Source: Azolla caroliniana
Lineage: Eukaryota; Plantae; Polypodiophyta
Reading direction: 5' to 3'
Assembly: GCA_043228905.1 (NCBI GenBank)
Contig: JBHGNT010000001.1
Coordinates: forward strand, 13,950,001 to 14,014,000
DNA: 64,000 bases
Both the position numbers and the translations under genes were made by a program. How positions within the stretch are numbered: the first letter of the stretch is position 1; every line of letters starts with the position of its first letter. The notes beneath the pieces are model-generated. The model was not told the origin of the DNA, did no database searches, and saw nothing but the letters and a program-made list of their open reading frames with translations. Of this stretch, positions 26,001-36,809 are shown in pieces.

Positions 26001-26910
26001 GAATCAGTTGGAAAATCTGAAGAGGGCTGCAAAGCTTGGGGGCAAAGGAGCATTGCCAAGGTATAATATATATCTATTAGATTTGAACCCTTTGGAGCAA
26101 ACTAATTATGATCAACAAATATATGGTATTATGCTTTTTACTGAACTGAAATTAATTGTTCGGTTTTTAATTAATATGAAGCACTGTGCAATTGGCTGCA
26201 ACAAGTTTGCCTATCACTGGTACTAAGGAAGCACCTAGAAAGATAGGAAAAGGTGAAATAGGGTTCGCAGCAGGTCTTGCAAGCAGTGCAACTGCAAGTG
26301 GTGGAAAATTTGATCGCAAATTGGATGGAGAAAAACCTGCAAAGAACCCTGGGAAGCATAGAAAGGTAAAGATGCATTATTACTCAGTCTTGCAATTTCT
26401 ATACCTTTTTTGGTTAAGAACAATAAGATAGTTAGTCATACAAAATTATTTTCTCCTGTGATTCTTTAATATTTTTGTGAATAGGTTATGGCCTTGTTGT
26501 ATTGGATAAACCTTATAGCTGCCATTTCTTTTCAGTTCCTCCCAGTTGTAGAAGGTTCAGGGATTGGACAGCAAGAAAAACTACAATTTGAACGTGTTCT
26601 AAATAAACTGCTTGCACAGAGTAGCCACGAAATTGTGGATGTGAATAAGGTGGGTTACATGTAAAACTTTCATTGGAAACAGTTTGTTTTCTATGTACAA
26701 AAATAAACTTAAAAAGTACCTGATGAACTATTACTACAGGCTGTGAGTGTTTTGAATGTTGAAGAAGAGAGGCAAGCACATAAAGCAAATATGACAGGAA
26801 CGAATAAGAAAAAATGGAATCCGAAGAACAAAGGTCAGAAGGGTGGATTCTCAAGACCATCAGGTAAGCAACATGGTAAGAAATCTGGGTCAAAAGGCAA
26901 AGTAAAATAG
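23071..26910 (+). CDS. RRS1: Ribosome biogenesis regulatory protein RRS1 homolog, 8 exons
   Basis: Exons 23071-23195, 23928-24078, 24281-24332, 24411-24539, 25934-26060, 26182-26365, 26536-26649 and 26740-26910 join in frame (GT-AG). Motifs [40 protein letters not shown] and a basic C-tail. Confidence 0.95.
24951..25230. repeat. Near-perfect 140-bp tandem duplication in RRS1 intron 4
   Basis: agaaacatgagatg...tttgaccaatcttaat at 24951-25089 and 25091-25229, with about 3 substitutions. Confidence 0.9.
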
Positions 26911-28907
26911 GCCCAAATTTGTATATGCGCTCATGATTGGAATCTTGCGTCATCAAATTATATTATTCCAAGTGAATATAATGGTCATGGTGTGAATGCA
27001 ATTGGATGTGAGTGGAATCCAATTCTTTTCTTTAATTTCAAGTGAAGAGTGTTTCCAAGTCACGCAGGGAATTTTCTCTATTTTGTTCATGTGTCTTGTG
27101 CCATATGTTTTGAGAAAATTTGGGACTTTCAGAGATGTGCTCTATGCATACCATATTTGGGACCAAAAAGAGAATTATCTAGTTTGGGTTTTACATAAAT
27201 ATCTACAAATCTTAGTAATGTTGAAGACAACTATTCAGTACATACCTTCCCTATTTCAAACTTCACTATGTTGACATCTGTGTAAGTCGGATAAATGTTT
27301 GAACTTGAAGAATGTTTGAAGACCTTTCTAAATTTGCGTGAAGTCCAAAATGTAATCTTTAATGGAACGTATCCAAAATACCTGAAATTTTCATTATCTC
27401 CTTAAGTTTTTACTAGTTACCCGAGTATCCTCTTACTGCTTGTCAAGCAATTACTTGTCCCATTTAATCAATTGTATGGTCAATTCACTCTGTTTCTCTT
27501 CTCGGAGTTGACCAGGGCATAAGATTTGGGGGTATTTTGGGTAAATAAAGAAAGCAGTTGATTTGATGTTGATGGAGGTGGTGGGTCAAGTTAGACTGGG
27601 AAGAGGAGATATATTACCTTTTTTGTCAAATGCAATTACAATGTATATTGAACTCTACTTCTAGCCATAATAACCTATGGACTTTTTGTAAACCAAGTCA
27701 CTTGCCAAGTATTTTTTTCTAGTTAATTCTGAGATATGTGGGTGAGTATTTTTTTAAAGATGTTCTTTTGGCGGGGGGATTCTATTTGTGCCTGAAACAT
27801 CTTCTGATAAGAGAAATGGCAACTCATGTATTGCATTTTCATATTAACAGCCATAAACAATTCATAAGAGTATAAAGTCTAGCAGATGTAGCTCTTTCTT
27901 ATTGGTCAGTTTCTTATTGACTTGTTTTTTATTATTGTCAGTGGTTCACAATATTCAGAATAGTTTAAATATTAAATGGAAAATGATGCTAGCCTGAAAG
28001 TTATTATGTCCTAATATCTGTCATATTTGTAAGCCATTGGATTGCTGCATAATTCCATTCTAATGATAATGTAGCCATGCATGCAGTATATGCAAAGGAA
28101 TCATGCTGTAATAACCACGCTCACCTGTATGACAGTGAGCTGCTATTCAGCTTCATTTATTGATTTTATTCTTCGAAGGAACCCAGTTTAAATACGTAAA
28201 TATGGAATTGTTTATCATGAATTAACAGTAAGTAATATGCAAGCCGAGTTCGGCTATACACAAGTCCAGACAAATATATATGGGCCAATCACAGTGAGCG
28301 ACAAGCAGTTATTCATACAATTAATTGATGGAATATGAGTTGAGTTATATGCTTACTTTTAATGCATTTGATGTTATATGAGGTTCTTGAGCATCCTGTT
28401 GGGAAAACTGATGTAATCTACTCATGTATTTCAAGATGTATGTTAACCCTAAACTATAACCAGAACATCCACAATGTCTTACTACACTCAGATCATTTCG
28501 ATGCCTTCACATGAACATGCAATACACTTGCTGTATCAGGAGAAATACATGCCTAAAGGCATTGAGGTGACAAATACACGCTGTAACAAATGCACATGCA
28601 TTAGGAGCATGTGCATGAATATATTTGCCCCTCATTTCTATATGCACTCCTTTCAAAAAGGTACTTTCTCTAGTCACTCAAATTTTGATGTAAAGTGTGA
28701 GCATTAAGATTGTCATTACTTAATGGACAAATATTTCCTTGATATTGTAAAATGCCTCAAACTCTCTTCCTTCTTTCTATTACATTTGAATGCTTTTATA
28801 CACCTTGGTAATACATTCCAAGATACATTCGGTTATCTTGGCACACTTACCTCTAACTAACCTCTTACTAACTTTAGTGTAACTAATTAACCCAAGGTCT
28901 AACTCCC

Positions 28908-30029
28908 TTAACCCTGGTTATAGTGACTTGGGTTAGGGGAAGGGTTTTGGCCTGTGGTTTTACCACGCGATCCCACAACTCTCCCCTTCAAAAAATTTGA
29001 GTATGTCGACTGTGTTTGATGGTGCCTCTTTGCCTCCGTCACTGTGGGAGCGACATCCGCCGCGTTGCTATGGCAGAGGGCATCTCGATTGCTTGTGTGC
29101 GGTGGTGGCTCTGCTTCGTCCTGCTGGTTGGCTGCGACTGAAGGGTTTTCTGATTCATCCTCGCAGGGGACGTCATGGTGAGTTTCTTCCTCTTGTGCTT
29201 CTTGAGTTGTGGATTGCTGATTATATGGCATCATCCATATCACGTGCGCATAAGTAATCCGCCCATTAGCATCGCGGCGGAGGGAATAAGTGTTGGCTCT
29301 CATTGAACGGATGACCGTAAAAGGGCCAATCCATCGATGCATCATTGATTCACTGAGTCCTTGTCGGCGGATCGGGAAATAGACTAGGACCTTTGTTCCG
29401 GCTGTGTACTCGACCGCTCGACGACCCTTATCATAGCACCGCTTTTGGCGTGACTGAGCCAATTGTAGATTCTTGTGTATGCTCAACCGTAAGATAGGTT
29501 GAACCTGTTGCAAGTGCAACCACCAATCCATCGCATCGGTTCGAGTATTTTTTTTGGGTAGATCCACCTTGATGTCGGGGGGTAAACGGGGATCTCTTCC
29601 ATATAGTGCTCTGAAAGGGCTGATTCGAGTCGAGGCCTGCACCGAAGTGTTATACGCATGCGTGATGAAGGGTAGGATCAAATCCCACGTTGTGTGTAGT
29701 GGGAACAATTGATGTGGAAGGACGTAAAAGGTGTGTGTGATCGTGGTGGAGCCTAGCTTGAGTGTGCAGACGATTGTGGTGTTGGACTTATATAGGCGTT
29801 GGTGATCGCCGAATAACACCTTGATGGGGGAGGCTTTGGAGGTTGAAAGATTGAGGCGATCAACCAGATCTTGACTGATGGAAGATATGCTACTACCGGA
29901 ATCAAAGAGAACTTCTTGCGGACTATGGAGAATTGTTGCCATGGCCGTGCACACGGGAGAACTTGAGGATGTGGATGCTTGTATGTGCGGGGGTTGTGCT
30001 CCCTTCAACACCCCGCGACTTAGTTTTCC
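28908..30029 (-). CDS. Truncated Pol in the -1 frame: aspartic protease fused in frame to the integrase C-terminus
   Basis: VLFDSGSS (protease), then a junction near 29700 (HQLFPL|HTTWDL) to WDLILPFITHAYNTSVQASTRISPFRALYGR and WIGPF (GPY/F). RT, RNase H and the INT catalytic core are absent. Confidence 0.8.
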   Translation of the reverse strand, partial: GKLSRGVLKGAQPPHIQASTSSSSPVCTAMATILHSPQEVLFDSGSSISSISQDLVDRLNLSTSKASPIKVLFGDHQRLYKSNTTIVCTLKLGSTTITHTFYVLPHQLFPLHTTWDLILPFITHAYNTSVQASTRISPFRALYGRDPRLPPDIKVDLPKKNTRTDAMDWWLHLQQVQPILRLSIHKNLQLAQSRQKRCYDKGRRAVEYTAGTKVLVYFPIRRQGLSESMMHRWIGPFTVIRSMRANTYSLRRDANGRITYAHVIWMMPYNQQSTTQEAQEEETHHDVPCEDESENPSVAANQQDEAEPPPHTSNRDALCHSNAADVAPTVTEAKRHHQTQSTYSNFLKGRVVGSRGKTTGQNPSPNPSHYNQG

Positions 30030-30988
30030 GACAGGTCGGTCCGATAACTATTGTCAGCCAACTGTACTTGCACATTTTGCTTCTGTGTTTGGTTGTTCCA
30101 TTTCCGACAGTGTTTCTTCACGTGCCCATAGTTGTTGCAAAAAAAACACTTAGGTCTTCCTTGTGCATCGCGTGTTGGCAGGTTCCTTCTTGCTTGTAGT
30201 TGAGCGTTCTGGATATCGATTTCCATTGGCGTGGCGTTGCTATTGTATTGTTTCTCGGAATTGACATTGGATGACCAGCTCATTTGGAGTTCTGTTTGTG
30301 TTGCTGCTTCAATGCGTTGTGCAATGAGGATGGCTTCTTGAAATGTTTTGGGGCCTTGATCGCGCACTCGACGATATATTTCTGGGCGTAGCCGTGGCCA
30401 TAAGAAGAATAGCTTCATCGATTCTGGCATTGTTGGATTTGCGTGAGTAAGTAATTGTTGTAATCGGATTGCAAATTGTGTCACTGGCTCATGTTGTTGT
30501 TGTTTGATTGTCTCTAGTTGCTGCAAAGCCGTCTGAGTTGAGTCATGGTGAGCGAAATTTCCGATCATTAGGGATTTAAGTATCGACCAATCGTTCTTGG
30601 ACTCCTCTGTTTGCTGTATGAACCATGTGGCCGCGATGCCCTCCAATAAAGTTCGCATCTCTAGTGCTTTCCGTGCTTCAGGCCACTGATGATAGCTCGC
30701 CACCATTTCAAAATGATCGAGCCAAGAAAGGATGTCCTCAGACGACAGACCTGAGAAGGATTTAGGTCGTACTCGTGGGTCTGGCCGATTAGCGTGCCTA
30801 TCTGTCTGCGAAGAGAAAAAAGATAGCATGGCCTGATTAGTCAAATTTGATTGTATTGCGATGTTAGATAACGCTTGTATTAGTTGATCCAGCTGGAAAG
30901 CTTGACGGTTTTCTTCGTGTTGTTGCAGAAATTCTGGATTCATGTCGGTGCATTCTGTTGCACCGTTGTTCTGTATTGGAGATGCCAT
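30020..30988 (-). CDS. Gypsy Gag (capsid-like domain + CCHC knuckle), 322 aa, intact
   Basis: RPKSFSG...WLDHFE...AATWF...PMEID...CFFCNNYGHVKKHC. Ends at G GAA AAC TAA. Confidence 0.88.
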   Translation of the reverse strand: MASPIQNNGATECTDMNPEFLQQHEENRQAFQLDQLIQALSNIAIQSNLTNQAMLSFFSSQTDRHANRPDPRVRPKSFSGLSSEDILSWLDHFEMVASYHQWPEARKALEMRTLLEGIAATWFIQQTEESKNDWSILKSLMIGNFAHHDSTQTALQQLETIKQQQHEPVTQFAIRLQQLLTHANPTMPESMKLFFLWPRLRPEIYRRVRDQGPKTFQEAILIAQRIEAATQTELQMSWSSNVNSEKQYNSNATPMEIDIQNAQLQARRNLPTRDAQGRPKCFFCNNYGHVKKHCRKWNNQTQKQNVQVQLADNSYRTDLSEN

Positions 30989-31917
30989 ACGTATGTTGAT
31001 TTCGACTTGCTCTTGTTGCGTCTTGTTGTGTTGGGTAGTGTTGCGGTTTCTTCTTCTTGATGTGGTGGTGTCTAATCTGTTGGAGTAGCGTCCTGTTTTG
31101 TTTCAACTCTTTCTTGATTTGGTGTCTTCAGTGTTGCCTGTCTTCTCCACCAAAGTGTGTAAAATGCCTCAAACTCTCTTCCTTCTTTCTATTACATTTG
31201 AATGCTTTTATACACCTTGGTAATACATTCCAAGTTACATTATGTTATCTTGGCACACTTACCTCTAACTAACCTCTTACTAACTTTAGTGTAACTAACT
31301 AACCCAAGGTCTAACTCCCCTAACCTTGGTTATAACTACTTGGGTTAGGGGAAGGGTTTTGGCATGTGGTTTTACCACGCGATCCCACAATATGTTTAAG
31401 GCGTGTTTTTTTTATAAATGGGGGAATATAGCAAGGAATCTTGGATGTTTACTAGGGCTTGCTTTTTTTTTTCCCTTATGCGCAACGCTTGGCCACAACC
31501 GAGATTATTTTCATACACAGAAAATAGGAAATAGAACACAACACAAAGAGGAAGACAAATACACAGTAGGTTTATGTGGAAAACCCCAAACTAGGGGAAA
31601 AACCACGCCAGCCCACGGGTTGCAAACTGTCACTATGTAAGAATGTACAAAACTGTGAGTTCACGGAGGCAACGACCTCGTGCTCACGATCTTCGCCACA
31701 GGCGGCGGTTACAACAGAGGCAAAGACCTCGTCTCTCTCTCTCTCTCTCTCTCTCTGTACAGTTGCGCACTCTCTCTTCTTCTTGCACCAACAAGGAAGA
31801 ATAACAACTACATACTTAGTTTGCCCTAAGTCATATTTATACTAATATGACTTTTCGGCTATTTACAAATGTAGCCACGATGGGCTCTCAGAAACATATT
31901 TACGAATATGTCTCTTC

Positions 31918-32180
31918 CTCTGGTTCATACCGGGTCTGCACCATCCGGCTGTCCGTAGCCGGGTACTCCTCATCCGGTTCATATCGGGTCTGCATCATCC
32001 GGCTCTCCGTAGCCGGGTACTCCTCATCCGGTTCGTACCGGGCCTGCACCATCCAGTTCATACCGGGTCTGCATCATCCGGCTCTCCGTAGCCGGGTACT
32101 CCTCATCCGGTTCATACCGGGCCTGCACCATCCAGTTCATACCGGGTCTGCATCATCCGGCTCTCCGTAGCCGGGTCCAC
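31918..32180. repeat. CCGG-rich mini-hairpin tandem array in the Copia B 3' LTR
   Basis: Unit A ccggttcataccgggtctgcatcat and unit B ccggctctccgtagccgggtactcctcat, in the order ABABAABAAB. Confidence 0.85.
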
Positions 32181-32451
32181 CTCATACGGTTTCGGCCTCG
32201 GTCTATCAGCCTCGGCCGAGTCTGTTCATCGGCACTATTCTTCTCCCTTCCCATCCGGAGGGACCTGTCTCCCAACAAACTCCCCCTTCACTCCGGCATG
32301 GGGTGTCTTCCTAGTCCGATCCTCTTCCGACATGCGTCCAGCTTGTCGGGTGTCAGCACTTTGGTTAGCATATCTGACCCGTTCTCGGCCGAGTGGATCT
32401 TTGTCAGTGCGAACTCTTGGTCATCTACTCTTTCCCGGATCTAGTGATACC

Positions 32452-35400
32452 TAAAGGTAAAGAGGGATGTTTGACGGATCAGCTATTGAGAGATGACGTT
32501 CAGCAAACAGGACTGTAGTAGAGATGAGAGTAGAGACACACAGATCTTTGGTGTACCCAACCGCCTTGATTGGTACACAAGAAAAAAAAAGGTTATTATA
32601 TTAGTTAACCTTACATAGAAAGTGGTGTGTTCACATTATAAAAGGAGGTGTCCTGTCCAAGTGAACAATGTGTTCACATATACGAATAATTACCTAATTT
32701 GTGAACTACGGGCCTTTACACCTAACAACCTCCCACTTAAAGGTCCGATGTGAACATTCAAGTAACTCCCACTGCATAAGCAATATCTGGACGAGTAGCT
32801 ACCATAGCATACATTAGAGAACCACATGCTGATGCATAAGGAATTCCCTTCATAGCATTGATTTCCATCTCATCCTTTGGACAATCAGCCTTGCTGAGTT
32901 TAAGATATGACGGCAAAGGAACTCCACGGGACTTTGCTTCTGCCATATTAAATCTGTTAAGCACTTTTTCAATGTACTTTTCTTGTGACAAAAACAACAA
33001 TTTGTCTTTTCTGTTTCTACTGATTCTCATGCCCAAAATATGCTCTGCATTTCCCAAATCTTTCATAGAGAAGACCAATTTCAGTTGATCTTTTAGAGCA
33101 TCAAGACTAGTCTTTCTTTTCCCAGCTAGCAACATATCATCCACATATAGAACAAGTATGATAGGACTGTCATCGATATCCTTTTTCGTGTATAAACAAT
33201 GATCTGCATAGCTACGATCAAAGCCTTGAGAAAGCATAAAAGTATCAAACTTCTTATACCACTGTCGTGGTGCTTGTTTTAGGCCATACAAGCTACGTTT
33301 TAGTTTGCATACCAAATGCTCCTTGTTAGAGACTACAAAACCCTCAGGTTGTTTCATGTAGATCTCTTCATCAATATCACCATGCAAAAAAGCGGTCTTT
33401 ACATCCATTTGGTACAACTCCAAATTAAGCATTGCAGTGAGAGCAAATAGCACACGAAGTGTGGTCATCTTCACAACAGGAGAGAAGACCTCTTGGAAGT
33501 CAATACCTTCCTTCTGTGCATAACCCTTGGCAACTAATCTTGCCTTGTATTTTGGTTTCCCTTCAATTTCCTTTACCTTATAAACCCACTTATTTGGAAG
33601 AGCTTTCCTTCCTTGAGGTAAGGACACAAGATCCCATGTATCATTTGCATATAAAGATTTTATTTCTTCTTGCATTGCAAGCTCCCACTTACTACTAAGT
33701 TCACATGACATTGCCTCCTTATAAGTAAGAGGTTCACCCTCATCTGACAGCATGACATAATGCAAAGAGGGGTCATATCTATATACCTGCCTCCTTGAAC
33801 GATTAGACCTACGTACCCAATGATCAGTATTTTCTGGGATTGGTTCTAAATCTGGAGGAAAATCATTTTCAGCACTTTCTGGCTGTTGCGAACCATGTCC
33901 AACATGTTGTTCGACATCTATATTTTGTTCTTCAGTACCTTCATCTCGTTGACCAATATCTTCATGAGCATCTCTTTGCTGTCCAACTTCTTCTGGCTCA
34001 AAGATAACCGGTTGACCATCATATTCAACCTTTGGTATAGCATCATGAGGTTTATTTTCAGATTTTGTGGATGGCTGTAATTGCTGAAATGTAACGCTCT
34101 TAGAGTTCCCAACAGAGGAACAAGCATTTTTCAGCAATTTTTCTTCATTAAAAACAACATCCCGGCTGCGTACAATTTTTCTGGACTGAGGTAACCAAAT
34201 CCTATAGCCCATTTCACCTTCATCACCATAGCCCATAAAAATGCCCATGGTGGACTTAGCATCGAGCTTATTTCTCAGCTCACTTCTAATGTGTACAAAC
34301 GCATCACAACCGAAAATTCGTAAATGGTCATATGAGGCTGGTTTGCCAGACCAAACCTCCTCAGGGATTCCATTTTTTAAGGACTTGTTGGGAGAACGAT
34401 TACATATATGAACCGCGGTTTTTAATGCTTCTCCCCAAAATTCATGAGGGAGATTAGCTGTGGACAGCATGCATCGTACTCGCTCACACAAGGTCCTATT
34501 ATACCTTTCTGCCACCCCATTTGATGAAGGGTTATATGGAGCAGTAAGCTCTCTTTTAATACCATGTAAGTCACAATAAGACTTAAATTCTGCAGATGTA
34601 AACTCACCCCCATTATCTGTTCTGAGACATTTCAGTTTTGTCCCTTTTTGAGTAGTCACAAATGCATGAAAAGATTTAAATGCATCAAATGCATCACCTT
34701 TTCTTTTCATCAAGTACACCCAAATCTTCCTAGAATAATCATCGATAAAGGAAATAAAATATGCAGCACCGCCCAAGGATTTTACAGGCATGCTACATAC
34801 ATCAGAATGCACCAAATCTAGCACATTTGGTTTACGAGAGATACCAGAATAATACGAATTTCTTACTTGTTTGCCAAATAGACAATCATTACAAAAAACC
34901 AACTTTGATCCTTTAACATCAAATCTTTTTAAAGCAGAAAGGACTTCAAGTCCTTTTTGGCTCATATGTCCTAATCTCTTATGCCAAAGCTCTAAACGAG
35001 AGTCGAATTCAGCAATAGCAAGAAACTTTCCAGGTAAAGCTTTGCATTGCAAACAGTACAAAGTGCCCTTTTTGCAACCTTTCACAATAACCATAGATCC
35101 TTTCTTTAGTTTCCATAATCCACCACCGAATAATGTGGTGTAACCATGCAAATCCATCTGTCCTACAGATAGCAAACTTTTCTTTATGCCAGGTACATAC
35201 CTAACATCTTTGAGCACAAGCTCTTGACCATTATTCAAAGACAAGTGTATGGTTCCAATACCATCAATATTGCAAGCACTATTGTTACCAAGATAAACTT
35301 TTCCATAACTGCCTGCATCAAATGTGGTAAAGCACTCCAAACATGGAGTAACATGAAACGAAGCCCCAGAGTCTACTATCCATGTCTGTGTCAATCCATC

Positions 35401-36809
35401 ATCGATTGACAATAAAGCATCAATAACATCTGTTTTGGTGATTTGCATGTCTTGAACATGAGCTATAAAGGCATCACCTGTAATACAAAGTACATCACCA
35501 TCTTCACCAGATAGCTCTTCAATGATAACATTTGAAGCCATATTAGCTTTCTCTGTTGTATTAAACTTATCCTCTTTGTTTTTCTTCTCTCCAACATTCT
35601 TCTTCCTTTCTAGTTCCATCTTCCAATATCTACAATCAGGTTTCTTATGACCTTTACGGCCACAATGATAGCAAGTGATATCTTGTTGTTTTCCTTTCCC
35701 TCTACTCTTACTTCTATTTCTTTGTCCTACATTTGGGTTCCTCTTATCATATCTCCCCCTAATATTGTATGCTGAACCACTACCTTCTCCGCTAGATTGT
35801 CTTCTAATCTCTTCACTGAGAATAGAGCCCCGCACACCATCGAAGGTCAAGGTGGGGCTATTAGATAGTGAAACAACTAATGTTTCCCACGAATCCGGTA
35901 AAGTCATAAGTAGGAAGATAGCTTTGAGCTTGTCATCAAAAGCTGGTAATCCTGAATCTTGTAGTTGGGAGAGAGTACCTGTGAATAAAGATAGATGCTC
36001 TGTTGCACCTTTTGACTCATCAAGCCTCATACTGACAAGTTTTCTCATCAAATGCACCTGATTCACAGGAGTAGTATTCTCGTAAGTTTTCTTAAGTTTC
36101 TCCCAAACTTGATGGGTAGTAGTCAAGCCCTTTACATCTACAAGAATTTCATCAGAAACAGCCATTTTAATATATGTAATGGCTTTCTTATTCAAAGTGT
36201 TCCAAGCATCATTTTCCATGCTCTCTGGTTTCGTTTCTACAAGAGCATCTTCACAATCTCTTAGAAAGAGGATGCCCAGCATACGCTCTTTCCACAATTC
36301 GAAACCTTTTCCATCAAATCTCTTGATTTCAAAGAGGTTTTTCACTTCAGCTGAAGTGGAGGCCATTGCTCCCAAGATTTATGACAGATGCCTTCAGAAA
36401 TTGAGCAGAATACCAATAGAAAAGGGTCTGACAGATTTTTATTTTTATTTTTTAAAAATCTGTGTTTTCTGCTGATTCTGAATCTAAAGAAAAACAGCAA
36501 AGTAGAGGAAAGAGATTTGGCTCTGATACCAGTTAAAGGTAAAGAGGGATGTTTGACGGATCAGCTATTGAGAGATGACGTTCAGCAAACAGGACTGTAG
36601 TAGAGATGAGAGTAGAGACACACAGATCTTTGGTGTACCCAACCGCCTTGATTGGTACACAAGAAAAAAAAAGGTTATTATATTAGTTAACCTTACATAG
36701 AAAGTGGTGTGTTCACATTATAAAAGGAGGTGTCCTGTCCAAGTGAACAATGTGTTCACATATACGAATAATTACCTAATTTGTGAACTACGGGCCTTTA
36801 CACCTAACA
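32452..36809 (-). mobile_element. Ty1/Copia element C, very young, TG...TA LTRs, no RNase H
   Basis: LTRs 32452-32727 and 36534-36809 (276 bp, identical by eye). TSD ATACC at 32447-32451 and 36810-36814. PBS TGGTATCAGAGC at 36520-36531; PPT aagtgggaggt. Confidence 0.95.
32758..36375 (-). CDS. Copia Gag-Pol polyprotein (1205 aa), ending inside late RT
   Basis: Uninterrupted ORF with CYHCGRKGHKKPDC, WIVDSGAS, HKRLGH...CNDC, HSDVC, RTDNGGEF and LYVDD. It stops at RPDIAYAVGVT*, about 20 nt before the PPT. Confidence 0.93.
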   Translation of the reverse strand: MGAMASTSAEVKNLFEIKRFDGKGFELWKERMLGILFLRDCEDALVETKPESMENDAWNTLNKKAITYIKMAVSDEILVDVKGLTTTHQVWEKLKKTYENTTPVNQVHLMRKLVSMRLDESKGATEHLSLFTGTLSQLQDSGLPAFDDKLKAIFLLMTLPDSWETLVVSLSNSPTLTFDGVRGSILSEEIRRQSSGEGSGSAYNIRGRYDKRNPNVGQRNRSKSRGKGKQQDITCYHCGRKGHKKPDCRYWKMELERKKNVGEKKNKEDKFNTTEKANMASNVIIEELSGEDGDVLCITGDAFIAHVQDMQITKTDVIDALLSIDDGLTQTWIVDSGASFHVTPCLECFTTFDAGSYGKVYLGNNSACNIDGIGTIHLSLNNGQELVLKDVRYVPGIKKSLLSVGQMDLHGYTTLFGGGLWKLKKGSMVIVKGCKKGTLYCLQCKALPGKFLAIAEFDSRLELWHKRLGHMSQKGLEVLSALKRFDVKGSKLVFCNDCLFGKQVRNSYYSGISRKPNVLDLVHSDVCSMPVKSLGGAAYFISFIDDYSRKIWVYLMKRKGDAFDAFKSFHAFVTTQKGTKLKCLRTDNGGEFTSAEFKSYCDLHGIKRELTAPYNPSSNGVAERYNRTLCERVRCMLSTANLPHEFWGEALKTAVHICNRSPNKSLKNGIPEEVWSGKPASYDHLRIFGCDAFVHIRSELRNKLDAKSTMGIFMGYGDEGEMGYRIWLPQSRKIVRSRDVVFNEEKLLKNACSSVGNSKSVTFQQLQPSTKSENKPHDAIPKVEYDGQPVIFEPEEVGQQRDAHEDIGQRDEGTEEQNIDVEQHVGHGSQQPESAENDFPPDLEPIPENTDHWVRRSNRSRRQVYRYDPSLHYVMLSDEGEPLTYKEAMSCELSSKWELAMQEEIKSLYANDTWDLVSLPQGRKALPNKWVYKVKEIEGKPKYKARLVAKGYAQKEGIDFQEVFSPVVKMTTLRVLFALTAMLNLELYQMDVKTAFLHGDIDEEIYMKQPEGFVVSNKEHLVCKLKRSLYGLKQAPRQWYKKFDTFMLSQGFDRSYADHCLYTKKDIDDSPIILVLYVDDMLLAGKRKTSLDALKDQLKLVFSMKDLGNAEHILGMRISRNRKDKLLFLSQEKYIEKVLNRFNMAEAKSRGVPLPSYLKLSKADCPKDEMEINAMKGIPYASACGSLMYAMVATRPDIAYAVGVT

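Larger units (their letters stand above)
28746..31389 (-). mobile_element. Compact non-autonomous Ty3/Gypsy (Gag + PR + INT C-terminus), 2.64 kb
   Basis: LTRs 28746-28977 and 31158-31389 (232 bp, TG...CA, ~10 differences). 4-bp TSD ATAT. PPT gaaggggagagt next to 28977. PBS TGGTGGAGA at 31144-31152. Confidence 0.92.

Noticed and set aside
31918-32180. Palindromic repeats that look like a CRISPR array
   Set aside because: No unique spacers, no cas genes, eukaryotic context, and the array is duplicated as part of the LTR.
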